From NCBI GenBank assembly GCA_049903315.1, contig JBNGBT010000003.1, positions 1 to 64,000 on the forward strand: a stretch of DNA of 64,000 nucleotides, written 5' to 3'. The position numbers were made by a program, and so were the translations under genes. This document shows positions 40,203-49,713 of this stretch, in pieces. Numbering within the stretch: position 1 is the first letter of the stretch; every line of letters starts with the position of its first letter. The notes beneath the pieces are model-generated. The model was not told where the DNA came from and searched no databases. It was given only the letters and a program-made list of their open reading frames with translations. Origin of the DNA: Candidatus Cloacimonadota bacterium. GTDB taxonomy: Bacteria; Cloacimonadota; Cloacimonadia; JGIOTU-2.

Positions 40203-41426
40203 TTATTCTTCCGCTTCCTGAATGACCTTTATCGCATCAATATTCATAGTGCGCCGAGCTGGAATGAGTGTGGTCAGCAGGGTGATAATAAGTGATGCGA
40301 GTGCAACCAGGATCAGATCAAAGAGCTCGATTTTCACAGGCAGAGATTGGAAAGGCATTCCTGATATAGGAATGTGTATGAACTGCCATTTTATTTGAGC
40401 ACCGAGGAGTCCAAGAGATACAATAAAACCCGCAACGGTTCCTATCAGATAGATGAAGATCCCATTGAATAAAAATATTTTCATGACATCTTTTTTCTTT
40501 GCGCCAAAAGATTTGAGTATGCCGATATCCTGCCGTTTTTGAGCAACGAGTTTGAGGTAATTTCCAATCATATTGAAGGCAGCTATAAGAAAAATAAGTA
40601 CAAGTACCAGAAACATGATCTTTTTCTCGAACCGGATGGCAGTGAAAAGATGCTTTTCAAACTCTCTCCAATCGAGCACATCATATGCATCTCCGAGTTT
40701 AATCCTGATATTTTTTGCCACACTGAGAGACTTTTGGGGAGAAACTGTCTTAATCCCAAGATACGAAATAGCATCACCTATATTCTGAAATTTTTGAAGC
40801 GTATGAAGGTCTGTGTACGAATATTTCATGTCGTATTCGGGAATGCCGGTATAGAATAATCCCACAACTTTCAGGGTTATGCTTTTTGGCATCATGCCAA
40901 ATGGTGTTGGCTGGTCGGCAATCGGGGACGTGAGTGTCAGTTCATCTCCCCAGTTCACCCCGAGAATAAGTGCGAGGTCGGAACCGACGATTATACCATC
41001 AATTAATTCCTCTTGTGTTGGTGCGCCGATGTATATTCGTTTCATTAAAAATGTGATATCGTCATGCTTTGAGAGGTCAATGCCCTGGCAGATGGTACCA
41101 CTCACTTTTTTCTCGTGAAGAAGCATAAGCTCTGCTTGCACAATAGGACTGATTCCGGTTATTGCTTTATTTTGGATCTCTTTTTCAATGTGTTGCCAGT
41201 TCGTAAGCGGGGCAAAATCCTTTGCAAATATTTTAATTTCAGAGTGCAGCCCTATGATCCGCTCTGTAATATCCTCTTCAAGTCCGTTCATCACGGACAT
41301 AACAATAATAAGAGCAAATACTCCAAGAAAAATTCCAACAACCGAAATAACATTGCCAAAGGAAAGGAATTTGTGTTTTCCAGAGGTCAGATAAGTTCGT
41401 GCAAGCCGGATGTAGTACTTACTCAC
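40203..41426 (-). CDS. LolC/E-family lipoprotein-releasing ABC transporter permease
   Basis: ISVVGIFLGVFALIIVMSVMNG, EKKIMFLVL.LI..IAAFN, DIGILKSFGA. Confidence 0.9.
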   Translation of the reverse strand: MSKYYIRLARTYLTSGKHKFLSFGNVISVVGIFLGVFALIIVMSVMNGLEEDITERIIGLHSEIKIFAKDFAPLTNWQHIEKEIQNKAITGISPIVQAELMLLHEKKVSGTICQGIDLSKHDDITFLMKRIYIGAPTQEELIDGIIVGSDLALILGVNWGDELTLTSPIADQPTPFGMMPKSITLKVVGLFYTGIPEYDMKYSYTDLHTLQKFQNIGDAISYLGIKTVSPQKSLSVAKNIRIKLGDAYDVLDWREFEKHLFTAIRFEKKIMFLVLVLIFLIAAFNMIGNYLKLVAQKRQDIGILKSFGAKKKDVMKIFLFNGIFIYLIGTVAGFIVSLGLLGAQIKWQFIHIPISGMPFQSLPVKIELFDLILVALASLIITLLTTLIPARRTMNIDAIKVIQEAEE

Positions 41427-42580
41427 TGAGGTTTTTCCCAGGTAACTTTCTGTGTATGAGAAATGTATTTGAATAGCCCGATGAAAGCTGCGTAATTGAT
41501 TATAACAAGGTAGAAAGGAACTGTGATTATAACAGGCATCTTTTTATTTTTAAAGAATATCACACCTGCTAATCCGAGCAAATAGAAGAGGATTTGGAAA
41601 AGAAAAAATATACGAAATCCTGTAATTGGGATAAAGATATTTGAAAAGAAAAGTATGATCATAAAGAGGAATGAGAAGCTTCTGAGAAATTTATGAGAGA
41701 GAAATTCGAAAGCTATTCTACCGCGGAAGGGATTAAGCAGTTTTCTTAAAATAACGAGTTGCTGAAAATTGCCGACGGAAATGCGTATGCGGCGCTTCAT
41801 CTCTCCTAAAACCGAAGTTGTGCCTTCTTCCACCGCAATTGCCCCGGGCTCATATACTGCACGTTTCTTTTGCTGAACTCCATACATAGGAAGAATATAA
41901 TCATCATTGATGGCGTTGGGTGGCAGGATTCGGAAAAGGGATTTTCTTAGGGCATACAGAGCGCCATGAGCTCCTAATATTGAATAGAAAATACTTTCAT
42001 TGGTTTTAAGAAAGGTCTCATAATGCCAGTAAAAGCCCTCACCTTCTGCTCGGGAAGTCGATGTGGCATCTCGAAGAATATAGAGCCCGGATACACTGCC
42101 GACCTCTGGATCTTTAAAAGGGGCAATAAGTTCTTTCAGCGCATTTGCCATAAGCATTGCTGAAGCATCGGAAAAGATTATAATCTCACCCTTGAGTTTA
42201 GGAATTGTTTTGTTGATCAAACCCGTTTTCCCCTCACGTACAGTGTAAGCCATAATCTGGATTTTATCAGAATAGAGCTGTGCGATCTCGACGGTTCTGT
42301 CCGATGAACCATCTGAAGCCACAACAATCTCGATCTTGTCTTTCGGATAATCAAGTTCCAGTGTATTGCGTATCTTTTTCTCTATAACAGGTTCTTCGTT
42401 GTAAGCAGGTATAAAAATGCTGATCGAGGGAAGCGGCGAGGTATTTTGCAGCTCTTCAACAGAAAATTTCACGTATGGTTTTGGAAGTAATTTTGATAGA
42501 AATAGTATCAGTATAGGATAGCCTAAATTGACATAGATGAGCACAATGCCAGAGATCCAGAATGCAATTATCCAGCCCAT
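41423..42580 (-). CDS. Membrane GT2 glycosyltransferase (CESA-like)
   Basis: IPAYNEE, SDGSSDRT, FSDA, NDD, RRIR motif; N- and C-terminal TM helices. Confidence 0.9.
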   Translation of the reverse strand: MGWIIAFWISGIVLIYVNLGYPILILFLSKLLPKPYVKFSVEELQNTSPLPSISIFIPAYNEEPVIEKKIRNTLELDYPKDKIEIVVASDGSSDRTVEIAQLYSDKIQIMAYTVREGKTGLINKTIPKLKGEIIIFSDASAMLMANALKELIAPFKDPEVGSVSGLYILRDATSTSRAEGEGFYWHYETFLKTNESIFYSILGAHGALYALRKSLFRILPPNAINDDYILPMYGVQQKKRAVYEPGAIAVEEGTTSVLGEMKRRIRISVGNFQQLVILRKLLNPFRGRIAFEFLSHKFLRSFSFLFMIILFFSNIFIPITGFRIFFLFQILFYLLGLAGVIFFKNKKMPVIITVPFYLVIINYAAFIGLFKYISHTQKVTWEKPQ

Positions 42581-42581
42581 A

Positions 42582-43349
42582 TTACTCGTACTTCATCTTC
42601 CAAGCTGCATGATACAGCTTATTGCCAAGAATTCTCTGAATAATAAATTTGATATCCTGTTTGAATTTCATTGATTTCCAGAGTTTCCGATCAAGAGATA
42701 CTATTTTATCAAACAACGCTATTGTGCAATTTCTTTTTATTGGAATCCGCCCAAGAGAAAAGAGATTTGTGTCAGCATCATTCGGGTGATATATAGATGT
42801 GCAAAGTGTGTTGTACCCCGCCTTTTGTGCTGCTGCAACAATTCGTTTATTCCCTCTTCCACCTGGAAGCGAAAGGCTTTTTACAGGTTTTTGAACAATA
42901 TTTTCAAGCTGCTTTTTTGATTTTTCCAACTCATAATATAATTTGTCATCTGCAAGATTTGAGAGAAAGACATGATTTACCGTATGAGAGCCGATTTCCA
43001 TACCTTTTTCTGAGAGTGTGCGTATCTGATCCTCTGTAAATCCCATCTCAGAATTTATCAAAGATGTGGTGACGTAGAAAGTTGCTTTAAAATTAAATTT
43101 CTCCAACTCGGGCAGGCAATATTTAAAATTATTAGAATAACCATCATCAAAGGTCAGGCATACATTTTTTGGGGCGTGTTTCTCAAAAGTTTTTTGTTGC
43201 AACACAAAATCTCTTACTGCGATCACATTATACTCATTCTCTTTTAACAATGCTATCTGTACACGGAACTCATCCTTTGTAATAGTATAAGGGTCACCTT
43301 CAGGTAAGATGTTGTGGTACATCAGAAAAGGAACAGCGCTTTTTGCCAT
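42582..43349 (-). CDS. Polysaccharide deacetylase (CE4, IcaB-like)
   Basis: LMYH, TFDDG, GSHTVNH, LPGG. Confidence 0.9.
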   Translation of the reverse strand: MAKSAVPFLMYHNILPEGDPYTITKDEFRVQIALLKENEYNVIAVRDFVLQQKTFEKHAPKNVCLTFDDGYSNNFKYCLPELEKFNFKATFYVTTSLINSEMGFTEDQIRTLSEKGMEIGSHTVNHVFLSNLADDKLYYELEKSKKQLENIVQKPVKSLSLPGGRGNKRIVAAAQKAGYNTLCTSIYHPNDADTNLFSLGRIPIKRNCTIALFDKIVSLDRKLWKSMKFKQDIKFIIQRILGNKLYHAAWKMKYE

Positions 43350-43352
43350 TGT

Positions 43353-45260
43353 TTACTTCGAGATAAACTGAACCGGATCAAGAAATGCCCTGGCAACTTC
43401 GGTTGTTCGTAACTGATCAATATCACTTGTATGGAAGAATATGAGCAAATCGTGGGTTCTGTCGAAATCCTGATTTCTTCGAAATTCATAATTTCGCAGC
43501 ATTTTATTCTGAAGAGTATATTTCACATCAATTTCTTGAGCATAAGGCGGCCAGAGCATGAGTGTCACGTCTTTTTTTTGTATGTAATAACCGAATTGGC
43601 TAAGAGCCCAGAATGGTTTGATTGCTATCATAATGCCACCAGACATATTGCTTGCATCTACCCAACGCGAAAGATCCTGATCAAAAAGCAGCTTGCGTCC
43701 CTGGCTTCTCACCTCAGACCTTTCGATGTCAGATTGATACAGAACAACCGGAAGATCCATCTGCACACCCGTATTAGGCGAGTACACCTGGGTAATCTCT
43801 TCTAAATAAGGCATATAGATCGCAGCAGATTCAATTGGGGCAGTTTTGGAAAAGATGAAATCAAGTGAAATTTCCACAAAGCTTTGCTCTGCAAATGCGG
43901 TGATAAGTGCAACGAATTTGCAAAGATCAAAACCGCTATTGCTTCTAAGGTATCCCTGTGCTTGGAAGGTTGTCCGCAATGGTCCTGCTTCAATCATTTC
44001 AATACTGTATGTCGAATAATCAAATGAGCTCTGGTAGAAGATACCGTTATATGTCATTATGATATCTTCCCCTTCAGACAGAACTTCATCATCAGAGTAG
44101 TAACCATCAGCATTTGCATCAAGCCATACTTTATCCAATAATGTGAAATGGTTTTTATTCAAATTAAAGCGCAGTATTCCTGTATTCACCTGTATGACAT
44201 TCTCTTTGTAACGCGTAGTAACACCGGATTTGAAATTCATTTTTGCCAGATCTTTGCCATAAAGAAGGGCAAATTGCTTATCTTCATTTGCTTTGAAGCT
44301 CGTTTGAAAATCGATCTGAGATTCTCTAAAGCTACCATCGTTCCAAGTTGTATTCGCTTTGATCTGATATGGAATATCCTGACCGGATGGTTCTTTGAGA
44401 AGAAGAACTGACTTCTCATATACTTTTCCTGAAGGAAATTCTATTACTCCCGTGCAAGGTGTATTACTAAGGTCGATCTTGTTTGGATTTTTGACTCTGA
44501 ATGTGACAGCATTTCCTTGGGTATAATTTGTTTTTGTAATTTCGTATTCCGGTTGAGATGAAATATCTTTAACTTTCTGTTGAGTTTGAGGAGGTGATGC
44601 AAATATTTTTTCCTCGTATTGTGAAGTTATGAGTTTGACATCATCAATATATACGATTTCATTTTGAGATGGTTTCCATCTGAAGAAATTGAGGTCAACG
44701 ATTTTTTTAATATTGATCTTGTCAGACATTTTGTCGATGGGAATGGAAAATTTGTTCCATTGTTGCGGTTCTAGAAACAGATCATATTTAAACCGATCTT
44801 CACTGCGGTCTTTAATTTGAAGAATTATCCTCACTTTAGATTCAGAAGGATTATATATCTCAAAATTCAGCGCTTCGAAGTTTGACCACCGTTTTGGAAA
44901 ATACTGCAGGAAAAGCTTTGGAGCGCTTCCTAAGTTGGCAAGAAACTCTACTTTCCCGGAGTGGCTTCCGCTTGAAACAAACTGGTTTGACTGATAGAGC
45001 ATGACGTCTTCATGACGCCATTTTTGCAATTCTTCCGGTGTTTCAAAATCACTGAGCATGAGGAATCCACCTTCAGGACTATATCCATCTTTCTCAGCTT
45101 CTTTAAAAACATCACTTGCGTCGTCAATCGAGTCATAAACCGCACTCTGGATCGGTTCAAAAATGTTGGAAATTAATGGAAAAATATCGAGAATATGAAA
45201 TGCAATAACAACACCAACAACAATCAGTATTGAAATGTAATCTCTTTTGTAAAACTTCAT
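43353..45260 (-). CDS. Membrane-anchored protein with a carbohydrate-binding-like module and a YetA/exo-rhamnogalacturonan-lyase-like N-terminal region
   Basis: N-terminal TM; SDFE..WSNFEALNFEIYNP..WNKFSIP..IYIDDVKL; IPYQ..WNDGS, VNTGILRF, EAGPLR. Confidence 0.5.
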   Translation of the reverse strand: MKFYKRDYISILIVVGVVIAFHILDIFPLISNIFEPIQSAVYDSIDDASDVFKEAEKDGYSPEGGFLMLSDFETPEELQKWRHEDVMLYQSNQFVSSGSHSGKVEFLANLGSAPKLFLQYFPKRWSNFEALNFEIYNPSESKVRIILQIKDRSEDRFKYDLFLEPQQWNKFSIPIDKMSDKINIKKIVDLNFFRWKPSQNEIVYIDDVKLITSQYEEKIFASPPQTQQKVKDISSQPEYEITKTNYTQGNAVTFRVKNPNKIDLSNTPCTGVIEFPSGKVYEKSVLLLKEPSGQDIPYQIKANTTWNDGSFRESQIDFQTSFKANEDKQFALLYGKDLAKMNFKSGVTTRYKENVIQVNTGILRFNLNKNHFTLLDKVWLDANADGYYSDDEVLSEGEDIIMTYNGIFYQSSFDYSTYSIEMIEAGPLRTTFQAQGYLRSNSGFDLCKFVALITAFAEQSFVEISLDFIFSKTAPIESAAIYMPYLEEITQVYSPNTGVQMDLPVVLYQSDIERSEVRSQGRKLLFDQDLSRWVDASNMSGGIMIAIKPFWALSQFGYYIQKKDVTLMLWPPYAQEIDVKYTLQNKMLRNYEFRRNQDFDRTHDLLIFFHTSDIDQLRTTEVARAFLDPVQFISK

Positions 45261-45264
45261 GATT

Positions 45265-46251
45265 TTACTCTTTTTTTTTATAATATTTTTGAGACTCTTT
45301 TAAAAAAATACCGGTATATCCATATTCGTGAGCGAGTTTGAATGCACATTCTATCTTCGCTCGCACTTGTTCATTTAGAGTTAAATTTTTTGAGTATGGA
45401 GATGTTCCAAGACAGAGTTCATTTGAGTGGAACATAAAATTAATCCATTGGATACCTGACTCAAATAAGCGCCGTGTAATATGTTCAAAGATTTTCACAG
45501 GAATGCGAATATCCGAGGGCCGGAACATCATATTTCCAACTCCTTTATAACCAAAGGAGTAAGCAGCAGAGCGGACAATGCTCATTCCTTTCATATTCTT
45601 GAAAATGTCACCTTTTATTCCGGTAACTGGTACTTCAAGTACGGTGTGAGGATTTTCTGTGTTTGCGTTTTCAGTGATATCATTTTCTGATGGATAAAAG
45701 GGATGATTGGGAATCTTTGAGGAATCACGAGAGATTATTTTTTTGATTCCTGTGATCTTCCTGGTCACATTCGCCGGAGATAATGAGCTGTCCGCAACGT
45801 ATCCATGCTCGTAAAGCCAGTGCAGTGTTCTCGCATCTACTCCCCATTTACCAGCCCTATGAGAACGAGCAGTAATTCCAAAGTTTTTCACAATTGCTTC
45901 ATCTAAACGTGACATTTTGAGGTCGAAGAGGTCTTGAGGTAATTCAGCCTGGATACCCTCGAGCATGGTTTCTTCAACGCCAAATTTGTTGGGTTTAAAG
46001 AATGGTGGAGTACTCCACACATGCAGATGATGGCCGATTTCACAAAGATGCTTGTCAGCATATTTTTTCAGAATATTGACCGACTCACTCTTCGTGGCGA
46101 CCTCGTAGGTAATAAGATAGGTTGGTTTCAGATGATATTTCTCACATAATTCTTGAACGAAGTGAATGCCAAAAATATTTGTTACCCGATTTTCCTTAAA
46201 TGAAAACCAGTCAGCTTCAGTGTCGATAGTTATAAGAAAATACTTCATCAT
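45265..46251 (-). CDS. WalW-like polysaccharide deacetylase (CE4 superfamily)
   Basis: FLITIDTEADW, EIGHHLHVWSTPP, HRAGKWG, DSS, FHSNEL. Confidence 0.8.
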   Translation of the reverse strand: MMKYFLITIDTEADWFSFKENRVTNIFGIHFVQELCEKYHLKPTYLITYEVATKSESVNILKKYADKHLCEIGHHLHVWSTPPFFKPNKFGVEETMLEGIQAELPQDLFDLKMSRLDEAIVKNFGITARSHRAGKWGVDARTLHWLYEHGYVADSSLSPANVTRKITGIKKIISRDSSKIPNHPFYPSENDITENANTENPHTVLEVPVTGIKGDIFKNMKGMSIVRSAAYSFGYKGVGNMMFRPSDIRIPVKIFEHITRRLFESGIQWINFMFHSNELCLGTSPYSKNLTLNEQVRAKIECAFKLAHEYGYTGIFLKESQKYYKKKE

Positions 46252-48490
46252 TAATTAATTTCTTATTTTTCAATACATTCCTGTACGTTAAAACCGTATC
46301 ATTAATCATCTTTTCCATAGAAAAAATTTCTTTTACTCTTTGTTGTCCATTTTTTCCGAAATATTCTCCCAGCTCAGGATCTTCAAGGATTTTTATAATC
46401 GCCCGCGCAAGCTTTTCGGGATCATTTGGTGGAACTAGAAAACCTGTTTTTCCTTCCACGACAAGCTCAGGATTTCCTCCAACTGCAGTTGCAACAACAG
46501 GTTTGCATAGTGCCATTGATTCAAGAATGACATTTGAGCACCCCTCGACGACTGAGGTTAGAACCGAAACATCTACTGCATTAATATAATCAAGATAATC
46601 AACGGAATGATCTTTCAAGATTATGCCCTGTTCAATATCGAGTTCATCTAATATTGATTGTATTGATTCTCCGGTCATGCCATCACCCATTGCAAGAAAT
46701 GTAACGTTCTTGTGGTAAGATAGAATGATTTTTGCGGCTTTAAAAAATGTAATATGATCTTTAACCGGATCATTTCTCGCAAAGATGCCAACTAATTGGT
46801 CATGTGTATCCAAAGTAAGATTTTTCCTAACCGCTACTGCTGGTTGTTTGCACTTCATATTCTTTAGGTCAATTCCATTGTAAATTGTACGAATAATTTT
46901 TGGGTTTATTTGTTCTTTGCAAATAAGAAATGAGGTGATTTTATGAACATTTACGAGGATTCGGTCAGTGAAGCATGCAAGAATCCTATCAGTCAGAATG
47001 TGCAGTCTGTTTTTCCACGTATCCACACTACGTAATGAAGTGATAATGGAAGGTATTCGCGCACATACTGCAGCAATCCTTCCATATGTGTCTGCAGTAA
47101 AAAGATAGGTATGAACGATATCAAATGAATTATCCTTGATAAATTTGTACAGCGAAAACAATGCTTTGAGGTCGATGAAACCACTTTGGTAGATCGAGTG
47201 GACAGGGATATCACTCTCTTGAATCTCTCTCGCGAGACCTGCTCTGGTTCCATCGAGATTACACACCGTGATCTGAAATTCAGCACGCGGTAATCTTTTC
47301 ACTAGTTCAATTATCTGGCGCTGTGCTCCCCCGGGATCGAGATGATCGATAATGAGGAGAAGTTTAGTTTTTCTTCGCGGAGCCCCTTCTTTCAAAAAAA
47401 TACCTGATAGAAGTTGTTCGGTCTTTTTTGTCATAATCACCGAAGTAAAATTTTCCCGAACGTTCTTCTGCCCAAATTGTGCAATTTTTTTTGCTGTTTC
47501 TGTATTATCAATCAGAAAATTGATCTTTTGGGTAAGTTCTTCCGTATTATTGGGTTGTATTATAAAGCCATCTATCCCATCTGAAATAATTTCTTTGTTA
47601 CCGCCGACATCTGTAACTATAGCGGGAATACCCGAAGCCATAGCTTCAAGTACTGTTATTGGAAAACCTTCCCGCCGGGAAGGGAGCACAAAAAGATCGA
47701 GAATCTGATATAATTCAGGTATATCTGACCTGAAACCTGCAAATGCAACGTGTTTTGCAAGTCCTAAATCTGCGGCTAATTTTTTAATAATATCTACTGT
47801 GGGACCACTCCCTGCAAAAAGAACTTTTACTTGAGGATGGGCTTTGATAATATTTTTCAGGGATTGAAGGAGTAATTCATGAGCTTTTGCAGGAACAAAA
47901 CGACCAAAAAGACCGATGATATAATCATTATCCTTAAAGCCGAACTCTTTTCTTTTTTTGTTTTTATCAAAGGAAATATTAAACTTTTCAATATCAATAC
48001 CATTGTTAATAATCTCAAATTTTCTTGGAGGAATTTTTGATTTCGTATGATGGAATACTTTTACACTCGAAGAAACCGCAATGATCCTACTTGAAATCCG
48101 AGCTAGAAATCTGTCCGCAAGGTGATAATACCAGGGTCGTTTTTCATCAGTGGTATGTTCGGTGGCGATTATTATTTTCACCCGAGATAAATAAGCGGCA
48201 ATCCTCCCCCAGAAATTAGAAGTCCACAAATGGGTAATGACTATATCAATTTTTTTTTTCGAGATAACCCTTGAAATTTTATAAATAATGAAAGGATCGA
48301 GTTTTGGAAGCTTATGAAGAGCAATAACTTCAGTGCCGAGTTGCTCTAATTCGTTTGCAAAGAATCCTTTTTGGTTAAGACAGCAGATGGTAATATTGAA
48401 TTGAGCCCTATCAGCATTTTTTGCAAGATCGAGCACAACTCTTTCGGCTCCCCCCTGATCAAGTGACCAAATGATGTAAAGAACGTTCAT
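46217..48490 (-). CDS. Tandem double GT4 glycosyltransferase
   Basis: Two modules, each starting with GGA(E/Q)R and carrying E-x7-E (EGFPITVLE, EGCSNVILE) and VGGN. Confidence 0.92.
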   Translation of the reverse strand: MNVLYIIWSLDQGGAERVVLDLAKNADRAQFNITICCLNQKGFFANELEQLGTEVIALHKLPKLDPFIIYKISRVISKKKIDIVITHLWTSNFWGRIAAYLSRVKIIIATEHTTDEKRPWYYHLADRFLARISSRIIAVSSSVKVFHHTKSKIPPRKFEIINNGIDIEKFNISFDKNKKRKEFGFKDNDYIIGLFGRFVPAKAHELLLQSLKNIIKAHPQVKVLFAGSGPTVDIIKKLAADLGLAKHVAFAGFRSDIPELYQILDLFVLPSRREGFPITVLEAMASGIPAIVTDVGGNKEIISDGIDGFIIQPNNTEELTQKINFLIDNTETAKKIAQFGQKNVRENFTSVIMTKKTEQLLSGIFLKEGAPRRKTKLLLIIDHLDPGGAQRQIIELVKRLPRAEFQITVCNLDGTRAGLAREIQESDIPVHSIYQSGFIDLKALFSLYKFIKDNSFDIVHTYLFTADTYGRIAAVCARIPSIITSLRSVDTWKNRLHILTDRILACFTDRILVNVHKITSFLICKEQINPKIIRTIYNGIDLKNMKCKQPAVAVRKNLTLDTHDQLVGIFARNDPVKDHITFFKAAKIILSYHKNVTFLAMGDGMTGESIQSILDELDIEQGIILKDHSVDYLDYINAVDVSVLTSVVEGCSNVILESMALCKPVVATAVGGNPELVVEGKTGFLVPPNDPEKLARAIIKILEDPELGEYFGKNGQQRVKEIFSMEKMINDTVLTYRNVLKNKKLINDEVFSYNYRH

Positions 48491-49713
48491 TATATATGGG
48501 CTCTCTCTATAAAAATTGAAACCAGTTCTCTGATGTTTTTCTTAATATCGAATTTTTCTTCAACGAGCTTCCTTCCATTTGACGCATATATTTTAGCTTC
48601 TTTTGGATCATTAATAAACTTGATCATTGCTTCTGCAAGCTGAACAGAATCTCTCGGCTCAACGGCAATGCCGGTTACATGATTTATAATTATTTCAGGT
48701 ATTCCCGAAACAGTTGTTGAAATAACCGGTGTGCGCATTGCGAGTGATTCGATCATCACGTTGGGGATACCATCTCTATCTCCGTTTTTTGAGATCACGC
48801 AAGGCAGCACGAACATTCTCGTTTTATTGAACATTTCAAAAATGTAGGATTGTGGCTTCATCCCATCAAGGAAAACAGATTCTTTCAATCCCAGTTCGTC
48901 AATTTGTGAGGAAAGGGCATTTCTGTCAGGTCCTTCACCAATGATGACGCATCTGAATTGATGACCTTTATCCCGAAGGATAGCACATGCTTCGATCAAA
49001 TATGGAAAACCCTTCTGTTCACACAGTCTGCCAATAGAAAAGATCAGTTTATCATCAATTTCTTTTCTGATTTCCGGTAGAGTATCAAAATCAATACCGT
49101 GGTAGTTAAGGAATATTTTATCCTTCTCTTTCTGTCCAAGTAATGAGTCCAAATACTTTTTATTATAACCAGTGCATGTGGCGACGAATTCTGCTCTTTG
49201 TACTTTTTCTTCCAGCATCGGATTTTTGAGAAAAATATCCCAGGCGTGAGCAGTAAAACTAAAAGGAATTCCAAGAATTTCAGAAATTATAACAGCGCTT
49301 GTTGTGGGAATTGTCGCCCAGTGTGCATGGATGTGGGAAATCTTCCTGATTCGCATTAATCGTGCATAATAAAGGGAGATCGGTAATATTGCAAGTGATT
49401 TAATAAGGAATTCGAATGATGTATAATTTTGCTGTATCAAATATACAATCAACCTAAAGAGTATAACTGGTTTTTTCCACAAAAAGAAAAAAAATGCGTA
49501 GAGAATTTGTGGTGACAACAGAGATGAATAATGCGTTTTTCTAAGAAATTCTTTAGCCTGTGGATGAATTACCTTGTCTTTGCATTTTTTTAATGAGAAA
49601 AGTTCGGGCTCGATGCCATTTTTTTTTAGCTCAATAATTTCTCTTAAAATAAAGGTTTCGTGTGTCTCGGGGAACTGAGAAAATATATATGCTATTTTAT
49701 TGCAGTTCTTCAT
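48490..49713 (-). CDS. GT4 glycosyltransferase (WcaL-like)
   Basis: FPETHETFI, HIHAH, SFTAHAWDI, GRLCEQKG, DRDGIPNVMIE. Confidence 0.9.
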   Translation of the reverse strand: MKNCNKIAYIFSQFPETHETFILREIIELKKNGIEPELFSLKKCKDKVIHPQAKEFLRKTHYSSLLSPQILYAFFFFLWKKPVILFRLIVYLIQQNYTSFEFLIKSLAILPISLYYARLMRIRKISHIHAHWATIPTTSAVIISEILGIPFSFTAHAWDIFLKNPMLEEKVQRAEFVATCTGYNKKYLDSLLGQKEKDKIFLNYHGIDFDTLPEIRKEIDDKLIFSIGRLCEQKGFPYLIEACAILRDKGHQFRCVIIGEGPDRNALSSQIDELGLKESVFLDGMKPQSYIFEMFNKTRMFVLPCVISKNGDRDGIPNVMIESLAMRTPVISTTVSGIPEIIINHVTGIAVEPRDSVQLAEAMIKFINDPKEAKIYASNGRKLVEEKFDIKKNIRELVSIFIERAHI

